Origin: Spirochaetia bacterium
GTDB lineage: Bacteria; Spirochaetota; Spirochaetia; DSM-27196; Salinispiraceae
Length of the DNA stretch: 64,000 bases
Direction: 5' to 3'
NCBI GenBank assembly: GCA_038204425.1
Contig: JBBRCZ010000003.1
Span: 32,001 to 96,000 of the forward strand
This document shows, one piece after another, positions 49,870 to 60,123 of the stretch (positions are counted from its first letter, which is position 1; every line of letters starts with the position of its first letter). The position numbers and the translations under genes are program-made. The notes under the pieces are model-generated. The model had not been told where the DNA came from. It ran no database searches and worked only from the letters and a program-made list of their open reading frames with translations.

Positions 49870-51864
49870 ATGGACTTTGACGCAATTGTAGTGGGGGGCG
49901 GGCACGCAGGCATTGAAGCTGCGATGGCACTTTGCAAACTCGGTTACTCCACGATGATGATAACACAGAATCTCGACACCATTGGCAAGATGAGCTGTAA
50001 TCCAGCTATTGGCGGTATGGCCAAAGGCAACATGGTGAGAGAGATTGACGCTTTGGGTGGCTGGATGGGCAAGTTGATCGACGCAACTATGATCCAGTTT
50101 CGCATTCTTAACAGGCGCAAGGGGCCGGCGGTTCAAAGCCCGCGAGCTCAGGCCGACAAAATAAAGTATCAACTCTATGCCAAGCAAGTATTGGAAAAAG
50201 AACCGCGCCTAAGGCTTTTTATGGACACCGTGGTTGATTTTATCCATGAAGAAGTGGCACCCAAAGACGGCATTCGCAGCTCAAAGCGCATCACTGGTGT
50301 AATCACCGAACGCGGTCACCAAATTTGTGCCAAAGCCGTAGTCTTGACTACCGGAACTTTTCTCAACGGGCGCATATTCGTAGGCGAACACAGTGCAAGT
50401 TCTGGACGTTTGGGGGAGCCGGCCGCACTCGGTCTGGACCAAGGACTGCGTAAACTTGGCTTTAGTCTTGGGCGCATGAAAACAGGCACGCCAGCGCGTA
50501 TTCATCGCGATAGCATCGACTTCTCGCGTGTTGAAGAGCAGTGGGGTGACAGCGAAGTCGTGCCGTTTAGTTTTGATGCTTCGCCCTTGCGACAAGAGCA
50601 AGTTGCTTGTTACATAACCTATACCAATCCAAGTACCCACCAAATTATTAAAAACAACATGCACCGCTCGCCTTTGTATTCTGGCAAAATTGAAGGAATT
50701 GGACCACGTTACTGTCCGAGTATCGAGGACAAAGTGGTTAAGTTCCCCACACGCGATCGCCACCAAATATTTATAGAACCTGAAGGTGCAGATACCAAAG
50801 AGATGTACCTCAACGGCGTCAGTTCTAGCTTGCCTGAGGACGTCCAAACTTCGTTTATTCATACTCTGGCAGGTTTGGAAGAAGCCGTTATTATGCGTCC
50901 CGGTTATGCGGTCGAATATGACTTTATGGACCCCAGTCAACTGTACCCAAACCTTGAGACTAAGTTGCTGAGTGGACTTTTTGTGGCAGGCCAAACTAAC
51001 GGAACTTCGGGCTACGAGGAAGCCGCTGCTCAAGGCTTAGTCGCCGGTCTCAATGCCGGCCGCTATTTGGCCGGTGAGCCAGCCTTTTTGCTGACTCGAG
51101 CCGAAGCCTATATTGGCGTCATGATTGACGACTTAGTGACACTGGGCACCAAAGAACCCTACCGTATGTTTACAAGTCGAGCAGAACATCGCATAAGTCT
51201 ACGCCACGACAGTGCTGACCTGCGCTTGTTTGAACGGGCGCGTGAAATCGGCATGCACGATGATGCTGCTTGGAAGAACTTCTTGCAAAAAAAAGAAGGC
51301 ATGCTGTCTATCAAGGACTCTCTCGCTCAGCGAAGATTAAGCGAAGCAGATGTGGCAGGCAAAGAACTTAAGATCAATGTTGATGAAATTTTTCCTAAAG
51401 ACAAGGCCTACGGTAAGACTTTTTGGCAGTTGTTAAAGAGTCCTTTGGTTGATCTTGAGACCTTGCGCTCGCTTGATCCGCAATGCTTTGGCGACTTTCC
51501 GCTTGATTGGTATCGCCAGGTTGAACTCGACGTCAAGTACGAAGGTTATGTTGTGCGCCAAGAGCAACAGATAGTGCGTTTTAATAGAATGGAACACATG
51601 CGTGTGCCTGCAGACTTTGACTATCAAGGTATAACTGGACTATCCAACGAAGCGCGTGAGAAATTTCTTAAAATCACACCGCTTTCTATCGGCCAAGCTG
51701 GAAGAATTCCCGGCGTTCGCAACGCTGATTTGGCATTGCTAATGGTGGCCGTGGCACGCCGACCCGGGCAGGAAGCACTTGATCGAAGTCTTTCTGAAGA
51801 CTTTCTGCAAGCAAGTAAGACTTTTGAAGAAGTGACTATTGGCTCCGATGATGGTGACCTTTGA
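49870..51864 (+). CDS. mnmG: tRNA uridine-5-carboxymethylaminomethyl synthesis enzyme MnmG (GidA)
   Basis: VGGGHAG, MSCNPAIGG, GPRYCPSIEDK, GTSGYEEAAAQG, EPYRMFTSRAE. Confidence 0.97.
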   Translation: MDFDAIVVGGGHAGIEAAMALCKLGYSTMMITQNLDTIGKMSCNPAIGGMAKGNMVREIDALGGWMGKLIDATMIQFRILNRRKGPAVQSPRAQADKIKYQLYAKQVLEKEPRLRLFMDTVVDFIHEEVAPKDGIRSSKRITGVITERGHQICAKAVVLTTGTFLNGRIFVGEHSASSGRLGEPAALGLDQGLRKLGFSLGRMKTGTPARIHRDSIDFSRVEEQWGDSEVVPFSFDASPLRQEQVACYITYTNPSTHQIIKNNMHRSPLYSGKIEGIGPRYCPSIEDKVVKFPTRDRHQIFIEPEGADTKEMYLNGVSSSLPEDVQTSFIHTLAGLEEAVIMRPGYAVEYDFMDPSQLYPNLETKLLSGLFVAGQTNGTSGYEEAAAQGLVAGLNAGRYLAGEPAFLLTRAEAYIGVMIDDLVTLGTKEPYRMFTSRAEHRISLRHDSADLRLFERAREIGMHDDAAWKNFLQKKEGMLSIKDSLAQRRLSEADVAGKELKINVDEIFPKDKAYGKTFWQLLKSPLVDLETLRSLDPQCFGDFPLDWYRQVELDVKYEGYVVRQEQQIVRFNRMEHMRVPADFDYQGITGLSNEAREKFLKITPLSIGQAGRIPGVRNADLALLMVAVARRPGQEALDRSLSEDFLQASKTFEEVTIGSDDGDL

Positions 51865-52685
51865 ATAGATCCAAAACAGCCAGGCCAAGTCTTGCTATGG
51901 CAAGGCCGGCGGCAAAGCCAAGGCCGGCGCCTAAGCCACAAAAAAAGTACCCCAGCGCGCTAACCATTCCATGTCAACAGCTTCTGAGCAAGGGGCTAAA
52001 GCAGCTTGGTTTTGAGACTAGTGGTAAACTTTTTGATGATATACAAGCATTTTTAGCAGAACTTGAACTTTGGAACCCCAATTTGGGACTTGTTGAAGCC
52101 GGCAGTGAGGATTTAATTGTCAAACACGTTCTTGATAGTCTCGCGGCCTACCCAGTTTTTGCACACTATGCTCAAGACCTGTCGGATGACCAACCCTACC
52201 TGGATGTGGGATCCGGCGCCGGTTTTCCCGCACTGCTGCTCTTGCTTGCACAACGAGCTTTGACAGGCAGCTGCGTTGCGGCCGTACTTGTTGATAAGCA
52301 ACAACGACGTTGCCAGTTTTTGTCCAATGCTATAGCGCGCCTTGGTTTGAGCTCACGCGTCAAAGTAAGTCAAGAACTTGTAGAAAAGCTCGACCGTCAT
52401 CACTTTGGCTTACTCACGGCGCGGGCGTTTAAACCTTTGGACCAAGAATGCTTGGCTGTGCTTAACGACAGTTTGCATCCGAGCGGGACGATGATACTGT
52501 TCAAAGGACGCCGAGAAAAGGTGCGGCAAGAATGTCTTGACGCCAAGCTGGGCGTGCCTAACAACCTTGATGATCTACAAAAATACCCAGCAGTCGGATG
52601 TGCTATCATGCCACTCAAGGTACCATTTCTTAATGAAGAAAGGCACTTGCTCATTATTAGCCACCCTGGGACTGCAACTTATTGA
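51861..52685 (+). CDS. rsmG: 16S rRNA m7G527 methyltransferase RsmG (GidB)
   Basis: KHVLDSL, DVGSGAGFP, TARAF, FKG, VPFLNEERHL; follows mnmG. Confidence 0.9.
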   Translation: MNRSKTARPSLAMARPAAKPRPAPKPQKKYPSALTIPCQQLLSKGLKQLGFETSGKLFDDIQAFLAELELWNPNLGLVEAGSEDLIVKHVLDSLAAYPVFAHYAQDLSDDQPYLDVGSGAGFPALLLLLAQRALTGSCVAAVLVDKQQRRCQFLSNAIARLGLSSRVKVSQELVEKLDRHHFGLLTARAFKPLDQECLAVLNDSLHPSGTMILFKGRREKVRQECLDAKLGVPNNLDDLQKYPAVGCAIMPLKVPFLNEERHLLIISHPGTATY

Positions 52686-54030
52686 TATGCTTCATCAGGC
52701 CATCTTTGTCGACAAGGTCAATCGAGCGAGCTTCCACAAACTTAAAGGCAGTTTCAGAAAAGCTACCGGCACTTACACAAAAAGCCCTGCCAGCTTTAAG
52801 ATCCTTAGACTTGGTGTAAAGATCTCTCAGTACAAATTCACCCACTACGCCGGTCGACCGCATGTAGCGAAATAATATCAGGTCTTCCCAACTGGGGGTT
52901 TCCACCTCTGCCAAAATATCAGCAAAATCACCCTTGTCAATAAAAATATCTACAATCTTGGTTCGAGCCTTAGAAAAGAAGCCGGCTGACAAGCGTCTAC
53001 AAAGGCTTACAAAATCACTTGGGCCGCCAATCAAATACGCTTTGAGTAGATCGTTTCGAGAAAGTTCCACACTGCTTTTGATCTGGGTGGCGACATCTTT
53101 GTAGTCGGGAGCTATGTCGTAGATTACGTGCAAATATTTGAGAGCTTCGGCGATATCTTGTTTTTTCATCAAGGCACTTGCAAGACGATAGTTGAGTTCC
53201 AGAAACACTTCTGGACGAATGGTGGCATGCTTGAGGCCAATCTCAAAGTCGAGCTGAGCTTCGTCATAGGATTTTGCTTTTAAGTGAATGCTGCCAGCCA
53301 TGAGTGAGGCTTGTGGTCCAAAACTAGGATCAGGACGAAGGTGACTAAAGAGCTGCACAGCCATTTCAAGTTGGCCATTCTCAAAATATGAAGAGGCAAG
53401 ATAATATATCGTTTCCTTGTCGTCCATACGTTGATCAATAACGGCTTTGAGCCGTTCTATGGCTTCTTTGTAACGTTTAAGTCTAAAGAGAGCCATGCCT
53501 AACATTTTTTTGGCGTCAAGATTGTCATGGTTGCCGCTGATGGCACCAGAGAGAATCATAGTGGCTCGCTCGTAGTTCTTACGGTGATATTCTAAACTAC
53601 CGAGATGAAAATTAACTTCGTAGACTTCGGGCTTGATGGCGTGGGCAACCGAGAGGGACTGGTAAGCATCATCATATTTTTTGAGATTCATGGAGCTAAT
53701 ACCGAGTCGCATGTTTATCTCAAATTCTTCTTCTTCATTGTTTCCGGAAAGCCCCTCTAGTATTGAGGAATAAGCAATATGGGCTTTCTCCCATTCGGCA
53801 TCGTTAAAGTAGATGTCGGCCAAAATCATCAAAGCGCCAGCATCCTTTGGGTTTTGAGCAAGACGTTTGCTGGCGTCCTTTAGAAGCTGTTCTTTGCTTT
53901 TGTTGTTTCGCTTCTTTTTCTTCTGCGACCCTGAGCCTTTTCCACGCAAAAAGCTAACAAGTACAATTACCAAGAGCGCTGTTACAAATAGACCGAGAAC
54001 TACAAAAACTATGGGTGATACTGGCAGCAT
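52657..54030 (-). CDS. Membrane-anchored TPR protein with C-terminal Mrr-like (restriction endonuclease fold) domain
   Basis: N-terminal TM helix followed by a poly-Lys stretch, multiple TPRs, C-terminal VGEFVLRDLY..AGRAFCVSAGSFSETA..IDLVD. Confidence 0.8.
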   Translation of the reverse strand: MLPVSPIVFVVLGLFVTALLVIVLVSFLRGKGSGSQKKKKRNNKSKEQLLKDASKRLAQNPKDAGALMILADIYFNDAEWEKAHIAYSSILEGLSGNNEEEEFEINMRLGISSMNLKKYDDAYQSLSVAHAIKPEVYEVNFHLGSLEYHRKNYERATMILSGAISGNHDNLDAKKMLGMALFRLKRYKEAIERLKAVIDQRMDDKETIYYLASSYFENGQLEMAVQLFSHLRPDPSFGPQASLMAGSIHLKAKSYDEAQLDFEIGLKHATIRPEVFLELNYRLASALMKKQDIAEALKYLHVIYDIAPDYKDVATQIKSSVELSRNDLLKAYLIGGPSDFVSLCRRLSAGFFSKARTKIVDIFIDKGDFADILAEVETPSWEDLILFRYMRSTGVVGEFVLRDLYTKSKDLKAGRAFCVSAGSFSETAFKFVEARSIDLVDKDGLMKHINKLQSQGG

Positions 54031-54132
54031 GCTATCATTATTTTATCCAGCCAGCTCGCTTGTCAAGCGATGCATGCTTTTACTACAATGAATCCGATTT
54101 TATAGACCTAGAACCTGCAAAGAGGCACAAAA

Positions 54133-54612
54133 ATGATCGCAGTCAAAAACGCCGATGGTAGCTTTGCACCAGTAATTGACGAGACTCCGCATAGCACTGT
54201 CGAACTTGACCTCAATTGGGTTCGATCAGACCAAGCCAAAGCGGAAATCCGCCTCTACAAACTCAAGGCAAGTGGCCAGGCCGCAGATGAGCTGGGTATG
54301 CTTGTTGTTAAAGACCTGCCCGAAAATTCCTTTGGCGCCGGTGTGATAAAGCTCAACTTGTCGATCGACACTAATGGTGACCTATGTGCTCAGGCCGGTT
54401 TGCTTGGTGAACCTGCTGTTAGTGCTCGATTTCCCTTAGCCATCCCAAAAAAAATTGAAAAAACTGAAAAAGTTGAAAAAAAAATCGAGAAAATTGTCAA
54501 AAGTAAAGCCAAAGGCCGCTCATTTCCCTATAGAATTTTGGCAATTGCCATGTTGGTATTGAGCGCCCTGCAGGTTATTGCGATAACTTTGCGTATTAGC
54601 AACTTTTGGTAA
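54133..54612 (+). CDS. Hsp70 substrate-binding-subdomain-like protein with C-terminal TM anchor
   Basis: DQAKAEIRLY..LGMLVVKDLP...GVIKLNLSIDTNGDLCAQA resembles the DnaK SBD-beta; Lys/Glu-rich linker; C-terminal hydrophobic helix. Confidence 0.65.
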   Translation: MIAVKNADGSFAPVIDETPHSTVELDLNWVRSDQAKAEIRLYKLKASGQAADELGMLVVKDLPENSFGAGVIKLNLSIDTNGDLCAQAGLLGEPAVSARFPLAIPKKIEKTEKVEKKIEKIVKSKAKGRSFPYRILAIAMLVLSALQVIAITLRISNFW

Positions 54613-54622
54613 AGGAACGTTA

Positions 54623-57058
54623 ATGACTAGGGTTGGCGCACTATTTTTTTATAAGCCGCTTGGACTGCTTATTGTTTTTGGATCAATCTTATCCTTGGCT
54701 AGTTGCCTTGGCTTTGATCAGGCTTATGTGACCGCTCGGCAAAATGAGTTACGACAATTACTACAAGACAACAATTCCAAAAATTTGTTGGACAAGGTAT
54801 CTGACCGGTCTTGGGCAAACGGCCTGAGGGAGATTGCTCCAGGCGCAGCTTATAGCATTGGGCTCAAACTACAAGAGATGCAAGCCTTGGATCAAGCGCA
54901 CATGATGTTTGAACAGCAGCTGCAAAACAATGAACCTGATTGGCAGGCCCTTGCGTTTTTGAGCTGGCTTAGACTAAGTGCTCAAGCTCAGCCTGCTCAA
55001 ATAGTAGCCAGCTCAAAAGAATTCTTTTTGACACTCGACACAGAAAGTCGCTATTTTGCGGAAGCGCGGCTCTTGTTTTTTCGTACGGTGATTGCGGCAC
55101 AAATTTCCTTGGAAGATTGGCTTGGACTTGAGTCCACCGTTGACCAAGCAATCAATAGTATCCAAGTCCAAGTTGCAAGTGGCTCGCAAGCCAACGCCTT
55201 ACTATCACTCGCGTCAGATACCATCCCAGACTGGCTAATCTATGCCAAAATCCGCTTGCTACTTAAAGGCAATCATCCTGAGCAAGCGCAGTACGCAGCG
55301 CACTATGTGCTTTTTTTTGACCCGCAGAAGGATCAACTAAATCTTCAGAACCAATTGCTCGCCCAAGGTCTGATTGCACAGGAAGGCGGTCAGTGGCCAC
55401 ATGCTCAAATACTGGCCAATCTTTTTCAGATAAAAAGACTTGTTTTGGAGCAGAAACCTTTGCAAGCATGGGAACTTGCAAAGCTTGTTTTGAGCCAAAA
55501 GTCACAACTAATTGGCCTACTTAAGTGGTTTGCGGGAGACCGCCAAGGCTTGGACAGCGTGTTTGGCAAGAGCTTCTCTAGACCAGAAGCATTGTTTAGA
55601 GACTTCTACCAAGCTGCTCGCTTAGCCGGTCGTTTTAGCGAAGGTATAGATCTGTTTGAGGACTTGGCATCGTCAGTCTGGCAAGCAAGTCTACTCGGCA
55701 CTGCCAATTTCCAAAAGCTTGGCGGCGATCTGATGCGCTCATATCTTTATGAGATACAAGGACGATTGCATCGATTTAAAAACGATCACCGCGCAGCAGC
55801 TCTGTCGTTTGGAGTCGCGTTAGAACTTTCTTATCAACTTGAAAAGGATCAGCACATCAGTCCAAGTGACCGACGTCGTCAACAATGGTATCAACTGCGT
55901 TCTTTGACGGACCTTAGTCAAGAACCTGGCACAGTACTGTTTGATTCACAAGAAATTATCAAAATAGTAAGGCAGACCGATGACTTCGAATACTTTGCCG
56001 ATGTTTTTGAACGCATACTCTTGATTTTGGGGCAACGCCGAGAGTGGGCCGACTTGTTAACCATCTATCAAGCATGCTCTGACTATATGGATGAAACTAC
56101 TCGCTTTCGTTATCAAATAGTTTTGATTAGAGCACAGAATCTATCCCAAGCTGCAGCTCCAAAAAATGAGATTCTAAAAACCAAGTGGCTGAAAGAATTA
56201 CACCGCCAGCGCAGATCACTGTACTATTATGCCCTAGCGGCTCACGAACTTGAAGAGCCAATTGACTTGGCACAATTCATTGATGAGAACCCAGGTAAGA
56301 TTATAGATCAAGCAGATTCGCTAGAGACATCAGCGCTTGGTTTGGAACCAGTTGCAAAAACTTTGCTAGTGCTCGGCCTTTATAAGCAGGCAAGTACCTT
56401 TGTGTGGGACAATAGACGTCAGCTGTCCTCGCAGTTTCAGTTGGGTATAAGTCGTGAGCTCGCTGCAACCGGCCTATATCGGGATGCAATTAGGTTGGCT
56501 GATAGTCTACGACTGCGCTTTGGACTTCCGCAACGGCAAGAGAGTCTAATGATTTTTTATCCACGCCCGCACAGACGAGAGTTTGATCTTGCTTTGATAG
56601 AAAGCCCGCAACCCTGGTGGTTGTTTACTTCTCTGGTACGCACAGAGTCGGCCTTTGATTCTATTGCCAAATCGGGGCCTGGCGCCGAGGGACTCGCTCA
56701 GCTTATGCCAGCTACTGCTACCGAGCTCGCGCAAAGACTCAAGATTGATCAATCTGAAATTGGTTTACCAAGCAACAATTTACGTATGGGCGCTCGTTAC
56801 CTAAGTGAACAGTGGCAGCGTTTTTCCAACTGGGCCATGGCCTTGGCGGCCTATAATGCAGGTCGCGGCCGTGTAAGTTCTTGGAGAACAAGTGGCTTCA
56901 CCGATGATTCAGCTGTTTTTGTAGAAATCATGCCTTTTGCAGAAACTCGCAACTACGTGCGCAGAGTCTTTGAAAACTCGCTGATTTACGCTTGGCTTTA
57001 TGATGGCCAATCTGGCGATGTCACCCTTAAGCAACTTTTGTTTAATAGTAAACTTTGA
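54623..57058 (+). CDS. Soluble lytic transglycosylase lipoprotein (flagellar-assembly type)
   Basis: Lipobox LAS-C; SLT motifs VRTESAF, GLAQLMPAT, AAYNAG, PFAETRNYV. Confidence 0.88.
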   Translation: MTRVGALFFYKPLGLLIVFGSILSLASCLGFDQAYVTARQNELRQLLQDNNSKNLLDKVSDRSWANGLREIAPGAAYSIGLKLQEMQALDQAHMMFEQQLQNNEPDWQALAFLSWLRLSAQAQPAQIVASSKEFFLTLDTESRYFAEARLLFFRTVIAAQISLEDWLGLESTVDQAINSIQVQVASGSQANALLSLASDTIPDWLIYAKIRLLLKGNHPEQAQYAAHYVLFFDPQKDQLNLQNQLLAQGLIAQEGGQWPHAQILANLFQIKRLVLEQKPLQAWELAKLVLSQKSQLIGLLKWFAGDRQGLDSVFGKSFSRPEALFRDFYQAARLAGRFSEGIDLFEDLASSVWQASLLGTANFQKLGGDLMRSYLYEIQGRLHRFKNDHRAAALSFGVALELSYQLEKDQHISPSDRRRQQWYQLRSLTDLSQEPGTVLFDSQEIIKIVRQTDDFEYFADVFERILLILGQRREWADLLTIYQACSDYMDETTRFRYQIVLIRAQNLSQAAAPKNEILKTKWLKELHRQRRSLYYYALAAHELEEPIDLAQFIDENPGKIIDQADSLETSALGLEPVAKTLLVLGLYKQASTFVWDNRRQLSSQFQLGISRELAATGLYRDAIRLADSLRLRFGLPQRQESLMIFYPRPHRREFDLALIESPQPWWLFTSLVRTESAFDSIAKSGPGAEGLAQLMPATATELAQRLKIDQSEIGLPSNNLRMGARYLSEQWQRFSNWAMALAAYNAGRGRVSSWRTSGFTDDSAVFVEIMPFAETRNYVRRVFENSLIYAWLYDGQSGDVTLKQLLFNSKL

Positions 57059-57125
57059 ACTGACTCAAAAAGCCGTTTTAGCCTTTGGCCAATCTACCGA
57101 CAATAGGTGTTGAGGGGAAAACTGA

Positions 57126-60092
57126 ATGACTCGAAGCATAAAAAAGGCTGCCGGTGGGATTTTTACTGGCTTGGGAATGGTTAGTCTGCTACTATTTTTT
57201 GTTGCAGCGCTCAGGATAGAGATGACCTTGGTTCCACTCTTTGCCTGGGGAGAACTTCTTTTTGCCGGACTGGGCTGGCTTGGGCTGTACTTTCCGATCT
57301 ATTTGATTGTTAGTGGATTGCTCTTATCAATTGACAAACTTAAAATGCATCTCTTGTTTAGACTGTCTGTGGGTTTTGTGCCCGTAATGTTCCTTGGAAC
57401 CTCGCTCAGGTTGATGTTTGATCCGAGCTGGCAAATTTCACCGTTTCCAGTCGCTTTGGCCAAAGCACTAACCTTGGAAGGTGCTGTTGTCGTGTGTGCG
57501 GCTTTGGCCTTGCTTGCCTTTATTGCTATTGTTCAAATGCCTGATTTCTTTTTAAAAAAACCAAGTAAGAGGCTCAGAAAAGAAACACTTAAAAAAGAAA
57601 CACTTAAAAAAGATGCAAGCGAGACGTTTGCCTTGTTACAAAAGCTAAGTTCCGAAAAAAGCGTGGGGCCAGAAGCCTCAGATGTCATTAGCAATGACGA
57701 GGTTTTGGGCGAGTCTATCAATGCCGGAGTCAGCGAACGAGTAGCAGATTTGGATGAGCTTGACGACGACCAAGACCTTGCTGAGCAAGGATTGTCAATT
57801 GGGCCTTCTGCCGTTGCTGAGTTTAGCCAAGGAGTTAAAGGTCGTCTGGAAAATGTGCTTCCAAGGAAAAACGATCTACCTGATATTGATGCGCCTTTGC
57901 ACAAAACTGAGAAGAGACGTCTCTGGGAAGAAGGCGAAGATCTGCAGTTTCCACAAGATGAGTATGATGAAATTTTGCACAAGCCAAGTAATGGTGGTCA
58001 GACGATTGCCACGCAAAGTTCGGCCTCCCGCATCGCAAACCAAGCTTTGGGCATCTTAAAGAGCATTACTGCATCACAAACTGGCTACGCGGTGAGTCCT
58101 CATGCGCAGGCAGCTACAGCGCTACTCGAACGCGAATTAGACGAGACTCAAGCAGACTCAGCAGCAGATGCGGATTTCGGATCCAATCTAAGCAGTGACT
58201 ATGTGCCGCATAGACAAATGTTTTTTAGCCCCGAGCTGGACTTGGAAGAAGAAGATACCGCACTTGAGGTTTATTTTAGCAAAGACGGAAGTATTAGTGA
58301 CTACCCACCTCAAGGCCGGGCTCAATGGACAACAAGCGTGGATGACCAAGACTTTGATGTGGAACTTGCACAATCGTCACAGCTCGAGGCAGAACTATCG
58401 ATTGCTCCAGAGACATCTAACGAGCCATCTGCACAGACAACTGCACAAATACCAATTGTAGGACTAGCAATTGTAGAAGTTCCGATGTTTGAAGAAGATG
58501 AGCTTTTGCATATCGAGTCCGCAAATTTAGAAGATAATCATGTTGCAGCTCAGGACTACCAACAACTTGATATTCCTGACTCAACGCTTGCAATGGAACT
58601 TAAACCAGCAGAACAGTCAGCAGTCAACACTGACCTCCTGCCACCTCTAAGTGTTAGTCCTCGCGAAAAAGAAATTCGTGGAGCCTACTATGTTCCTATT
58701 GAAGGCATCCTTGAGCCAGCAAAGAACCAAGAATACTGGCGCATCGACGAGCGAACTACCGCCGCTGCCGTGACCCTAAAGGCAACCTTACAAGAATTTG
58801 GCATAGAAGCCGAAGTAACAGGAATCCGCAAGGGACCAGTAATTACTATGTTTGAAATACTGCCAGCACCGGGGGTCAAACTTGCTCGAATTGTAAACCT
58901 TGCCGACAATATCGCACTTCGACTGGCGGCCTCAAGCGTACGTATTGTCGCACCAATTCCAGGTAAACATGCAGTTGGCATCGAAATTCCCAACAAAGAT
59001 CGTGCGGTTGTAAGTTTTGGAGAACTTTTGCTATCAGAAGGCTTTACGAGTTCCAAAGTGGCTATACCGGTAGCTTTGGGTAAAGACATTACGGGCGAAG
59101 CCCAAATTGTAGACCTCACTAAGACCCCTCATTTACTGATTGCCGGGGCCACCGGAAGTGGAAAGTCCGTCTGCGTTAATGCCTTAATCTGCTCTATCCT
59201 TTACCGCTGTAGTCCAGCCGAAGTCAACTTGATTTTGATTGATCCAAAGATTGTGGAACTTAAGTTCTACAACGACATTCCACACCTGCTTACTCCGGTC
59301 ATCACTGACCCAAAGAAGGCTTTTCAAGCCCTACAATGGTGTATTTTTGAAATGGAAAGGCGCTACAGTCTGCTTGATGCTATGCAGGTGCGTGACATTA
59401 AGAGCTTTAATGCCAAGATTATTAATCGTAAGATTGCCACACCCAAGCTTCCGTATTTGGTGGTGGTTATAGATGAGTTTGCCGACCTCATGGCCACCTC
59501 TGGCAAAGAGTTAGAAGGCACATTGGCCAGATTAGCCGCTATGAGCCGCGCTGTAGGTATTCACTTGGTTCTTGCAACTCAGCGACCATCTACCGATGTC
59601 ATCACCGGTTTGATTAAGGCCAATATACCAAGCAGAATCGCTTTTATGGTGTCCTCAAAAATTGACAGCCGAATAATAATCGACAGCATGGGTGCCGAAA
59701 AGCTCTTGGGCAAAGGCGACATGCTTTTTGCATCGGCTTGGGACCCGTTCCCTTTCCGCATGCAAGGTGCGCTCTTGTCAGAAGAAGAGGTAGAACGAGT
59801 AGTGGCTCATGTTAAAACACTAGGAAAGCCTGACTACATCGATGATGAAATATTCTTTGAAGATGATGAGATCGATCCCTTAGATAGTGACTACGGTGGT
59901 GATGAAGATACGCTCATGAAGCAGGCTATAGAAATAGTTATCAGTGCCAAAAAAGCAAGTGCGTCCTATCTGCAACGTAGACTCAAGATTGGCTACAATC
60001 GAGCCGCGCGTATGGTCGAGCAGATGGAAGAAATGGGAATAGTAGGACCAGGTCAAGGCTCAAAACCGCGAGAAATCCTGCGTATGTTTTAG
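57126..60092 (+). CDS. ftsK: DNA translocase FtsK
   Basis: N-terminal TM helices, long acidic linker, PHLLIAGATGSGKS, VVIDEFADL, ATQRPS, gamma domain QRRLKIGYNRAAR. Confidence 0.96.
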   Translation: MTRSIKKAAGGIFTGLGMVSLLLFFVAALRIEMTLVPLFAWGELLFAGLGWLGLYFPIYLIVSGLLLSIDKLKMHLLFRLSVGFVPVMFLGTSLRLMFDPSWQISPFPVALAKALTLEGAVVVCAALALLAFIAIVQMPDFFLKKPSKRLRKETLKKETLKKDASETFALLQKLSSEKSVGPEASDVISNDEVLGESINAGVSERVADLDELDDDQDLAEQGLSIGPSAVAEFSQGVKGRLENVLPRKNDLPDIDAPLHKTEKRRLWEEGEDLQFPQDEYDEILHKPSNGGQTIATQSSASRIANQALGILKSITASQTGYAVSPHAQAATALLERELDETQADSAADADFGSNLSSDYVPHRQMFFSPELDLEEEDTALEVYFSKDGSISDYPPQGRAQWTTSVDDQDFDVELAQSSQLEAELSIAPETSNEPSAQTTAQIPIVGLAIVEVPMFEEDELLHIESANLEDNHVAAQDYQQLDIPDSTLAMELKPAEQSAVNTDLLPPLSVSPREKEIRGAYYVPIEGILEPAKNQEYWRIDERTTAAAVTLKATLQEFGIEAEVTGIRKGPVITMFEILPAPGVKLARIVNLADNIALRLAASSVRIVAPIPGKHAVGIEIPNKDRAVVSFGELLLSEGFTSSKVAIPVALGKDITGEAQIVDLTKTPHLLIAGATGSGKSVCVNALICSILYRCSPAEVNLILIDPKIVELKFYNDIPHLLTPVITDPKKAFQALQWCIFEMERRYSLLDAMQVRDIKSFNAKIINRKIATPKLPYLVVVIDEFADLMATSGKELEGTLARLAAMSRAVGIHLVLATQRPSTDVITGLIKANIPSRIAFMVSSKIDSRIIIDSMGAEKLLGKGDMLFASAWDPFPFRMQGALLSEEEVERVVAHVKTLGKPDYIDDEIFFEDDEIDPLDSDYGGDEDTLMKQAIEIVISAKKASASYLQRRLKIGYNRAARMVEQMEEMGIVGPGQGSKPREILRMF
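57578..57613 (+). repeat. 15-bp tandem repeat in the ftsK linker
   Basis: About 2.4 copies of AAAGAAACACTTAAA, encoding KETLK KETLK K. Confidence 0.8.
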
Positions 60093-60123
60093 ACCCAACT
60101 GGGTCGCGATTTGATCGCCACGT

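Noticed and set aside
50281..51033. Long antisense or alternative-frame ORFs (for example 50281-51033, 31125-31802, 28495-29055, 49639-50187)
   Set aside because: They shadow well-conserved genes (mnmG, ilvD, metH, mnmE) and have no motifs or RBS
48401..52685. mnmE-mnmG-rsmG as a marker of oriC
   Set aside because: No dnaA, parAB or rpmH, and no DnaA-box cluster nearby
57077..57103. sigma28 promoter for ftsK (TTTA-N15-ACCGACAA)
   Set aside because: Two mismatches in each element; not distinguishable from chance
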